From Takakia lepidozioides (taxonomy: Eukaryota > Plantae > Bryophyta): DNA of 64,000 nucleotides. Every line of letters starts with the position of its first letter. Position 1 is the stretch's first letter. The notes under the pieces were generated by a model. It was not told the origin of the DNA and did not search any database. It was given only the letters and a program-made list of their open reading frames with translations. The stretch lies in NCBI GenBank assembly GCA_030704615.1, contig CM060732.1, positions 8,184,001 to 8,248,000 of the forward strand, written 5' to 3'. Below are positions 61,662-64,000 of the stretch, one piece after another. The translations under genes and the position numbers were made by a program.

Positions 61662-62982
61662 TGTTGGGCAGACATGGAAAAGGGGGAAGAGGTGCATGGT
61701 GACATTGTCAAAAACTGAAATTAATGTACCTTATGTCATTCTGAATAGTGCCCCCTGGTGGACAGGTCTGCCAAATGCGGGTGCATAGAGGATGCAAAGG
61801 GAGTGTGGGGAAAACCTGGAAAAGGGGGAAGGAGCCATGGTGACATTGTCAGAAGCTGGAATTGTACCTTATGTCATCTGAACAGTGCCCTGGTTGACAG
61901 GTCTGCCTAATGCGGGTGCGTAGAGGATGCAAAGGGAGTGTGGGGCAGACCTGGAAAGGGGGAAGCTGAGGTCCATGGTGACATTATCAAAAGCTGGAAT
62001 TGTACATTATGTCATCTGAACAGTGCCCTGGTGGACAGGTCTGCCAAATGCGGGTGCGTAGAGGATGCAAAGGGAGTGTGGGGCAGACCTGGAAAAGGGG
62101 GAAGAGGTCCACGGTGACATTGTCAAAAGCTGGAATTGTACCTTATGTCATCCTGAATAGTGCCCTGGTGGACAGGTCTGCCAAATGCGGGTGCGTAGAG
62201 GATGCAAAGGGAGTGTGGGGCAGACCTGGAAAGGGGGAAGCTGAGGTCCATGGTGACATTATCAAAAGCTGGAATTGTACATTATGTCATCTGAACAGTG
62301 CCCTGGTGGACAGGTCTGCCAAATGCGGGTGCGTAGAGGATGCAAAGGGAGTGTGGGGCAGACCTGGAAAAGGGGGAAGAGGTCCACGGTGACATTGTCA
62401 AAAGCTGGAATTGTACCTTATGTCATCCTGAATAGTGCCCTGGTGGACAGGTCTGCCAAATGCGGGTGCGTAGAGGATGCAAAGGGAGTGTGGGGCAGAC
62501 CTGGAAAGGGGGAAGCTGAGGTCCATGGTGACATTATCAAAAGCTGGAATTGTACATTATGTCATCTGAACAGTGCCCTGGTGGACAGGTCTGCCAAATG
62601 CAGGTGCGTAGAGGATGCAAAGGGAGTGTGGGGCAGACCTGGAAATGGGGGAAGAGGTCCATGGTGACATTGTCAAAAGCTGGAATTGTACCTTATGTCA
62701 TTCTGAATAGTGCCCTGGTGGACAGGTCTGCCAAATGCGGGTGCGTAGAGGATGCAAAGGGAGTGTTGGGCAGACCTGGAAAAGGGGGAAGAGGTCCACG
62801 GTGACATTGTCAAAAGCTGGAATTGTACCTTATGTCATCCTGAATAGTGCCCTGGTGGACAGGTCTGCCAAATGCGGGTGCGTAGAGGATGCAAAGGGAG
62901 TGTGGGGCAGACCTGGAAAAGGGGGAAGAGGTCCATGGTGACATTGTCAAAAGCTGGAATTGTTGTACTTTGTGTCATTCTG
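61662..62982 (+). repeat. ~9.5-copy 137/138 bp tandem repeat derived from a PPR L/S motif fragment, with 275 bp dimer substructure
   Basis: Units start at ~61673, 61815, 61950, 62088, 62225, 62363, 62500, 62638, 62775, 62912; they encode EVHGDI..KAGIVPYVILNSALVDRSAKCGCVEDAKGV. Confidence 0.93.
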
Positions 62983-63049
62983 AGAGTCCAAATTATCTAG
63001 GGAAGGAAAATCACTAAGGGATACATTTCACCCTGTTCTTATCCGGGCC

Positions 63050-64000
63050 AGTTTGTTTCGTTACCCTGCTCTCCATGGACTTGATGAAAGGCTTGGCAGA
63101 GGGAAAGCAACTGCACGCCTACATCATTAGAAGTGGATTCAAGCCGAACATATTTTTGCACCATAACATTCTCAACATTTATGTCAAGGGCGGTAGTGTG
63201 GGCACAAGATGCCTGAATGGCATGTGTTCATGTGGAATATATCGTGACAGGATATGCCAAGCATGGGTCTAAGAAAGAGGCCTTTGAGATCTATAAGCAA
63301 ATGAGAGCGGCAGGTGTGACGCCAAACACTGTGACGCTCATTTGCATTCTTAAGGTGTGTTGCATCCTGGGAGGCCTATAAGGCAAAGAGGTCCACGATG
63401 GGATCATCAAAAGCTGGCATTAGACCAGATTTGATCTCCAGACCTGCCCTTTCTACCATGTATACCAAATGTGGGAATATGGAAGATGCGGGGTGAAGTG
63501 TTTGATAATATGCCTCGAAAAGATGCGGCCTTATGAAGTGCGATGATTGCATGATATGCTCAGTATGGGCCCGGTATGGAGGCTTCAAACTTCTATTAGC
63601 AAATGATACATCAAAGGGTGATGCCCAACAAGGTCACTCTCATGTGCATTCTCTGTGCATGTGCCAGCCTGACAGCTCTGGAGCAGGGCAAACAGGTCCA
63701 TGTTGAGATTATCAAAGCTGGAATTGCGCCAAATTTGAATTTGGAGAATACCCTTCCCTACATGTATGGCAAATGTGGGAGCATGAAAGATGCACATCAA
63801 GTGTTCGCCACCATGTCTGCACGAAATGCTGTCTCGTGGAACATGACGATGGCAGGATATTGATCACAACATGGGTGTGGAAGGGATGCTTTAGAAATGT
63901 ATAAGGAAATGAGACAGGAAGGGGTGATGCTTGACAAGGTCACTTCACTTGTACTCTGCATGCATGTGCAATCCTAGGAATGTCCCTGAAAAAAGGCAAA
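63050..64000 (+). pseudogene. PLS-class PPR pseudogene running off the window end
   Basis: LAEGKQLHAYIIRSGFKPNIF...; MPNKVTLMCILCACASLTALEQGKQVHVEIIKAG...MYGKCGSMKDAHQVFATMSARNAVSW; several frameshifts and an in-frame TGA at 63861. Confidence 0.88.

Overview
Eukaryotic nuclear DNA from a land plant, probably a non-seed plant (inferred from the PLS-class PPR style and the TE families). Two intron-containing host genes are present. One is an intact 6-exon branched-chain amino acid aminotransferase (9758-13633, +) whose motifs look animal/fungal-type rather than canonical plant-type. The other is a 3-exon organellar HSP21-like small heat-shock protein (25672-26997, -) with a partial tandem duplicate and upstream HSE-like sites. 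Most of the rest is decayed transposon material: L1-like and RTE-X-like LINE pieces, Ty3/gypsy gag, RNase H and integrase with extra ORFs, hAT-like and foldback MITEs, a SWIM ORF and a probable Ulp1-protease remnant. The most conspicuous structure is an ~18.4 kb head-to-tail array of eight ~2292 bp units (41039-59401). Each unit carries a decayed unknown minus-strand ORF and a hairpin-dense ~400 bp end, the outer array ends look Helitron-like (A|TC...CTAG|T), and four palindromic repeats (79 bp period for the first three) follow. Other notable items are a 137/138 bp satellite made from a PPR motif fragment, a 376 bp TA-flanked hairpin-ended insertion in a LINE, and a heavily decayed superfamily-1 helicase-like remnant. 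Several indel-rich duplicated stretches may be long-read assembly artefacts. All calls are by-eye; no database searches were run.
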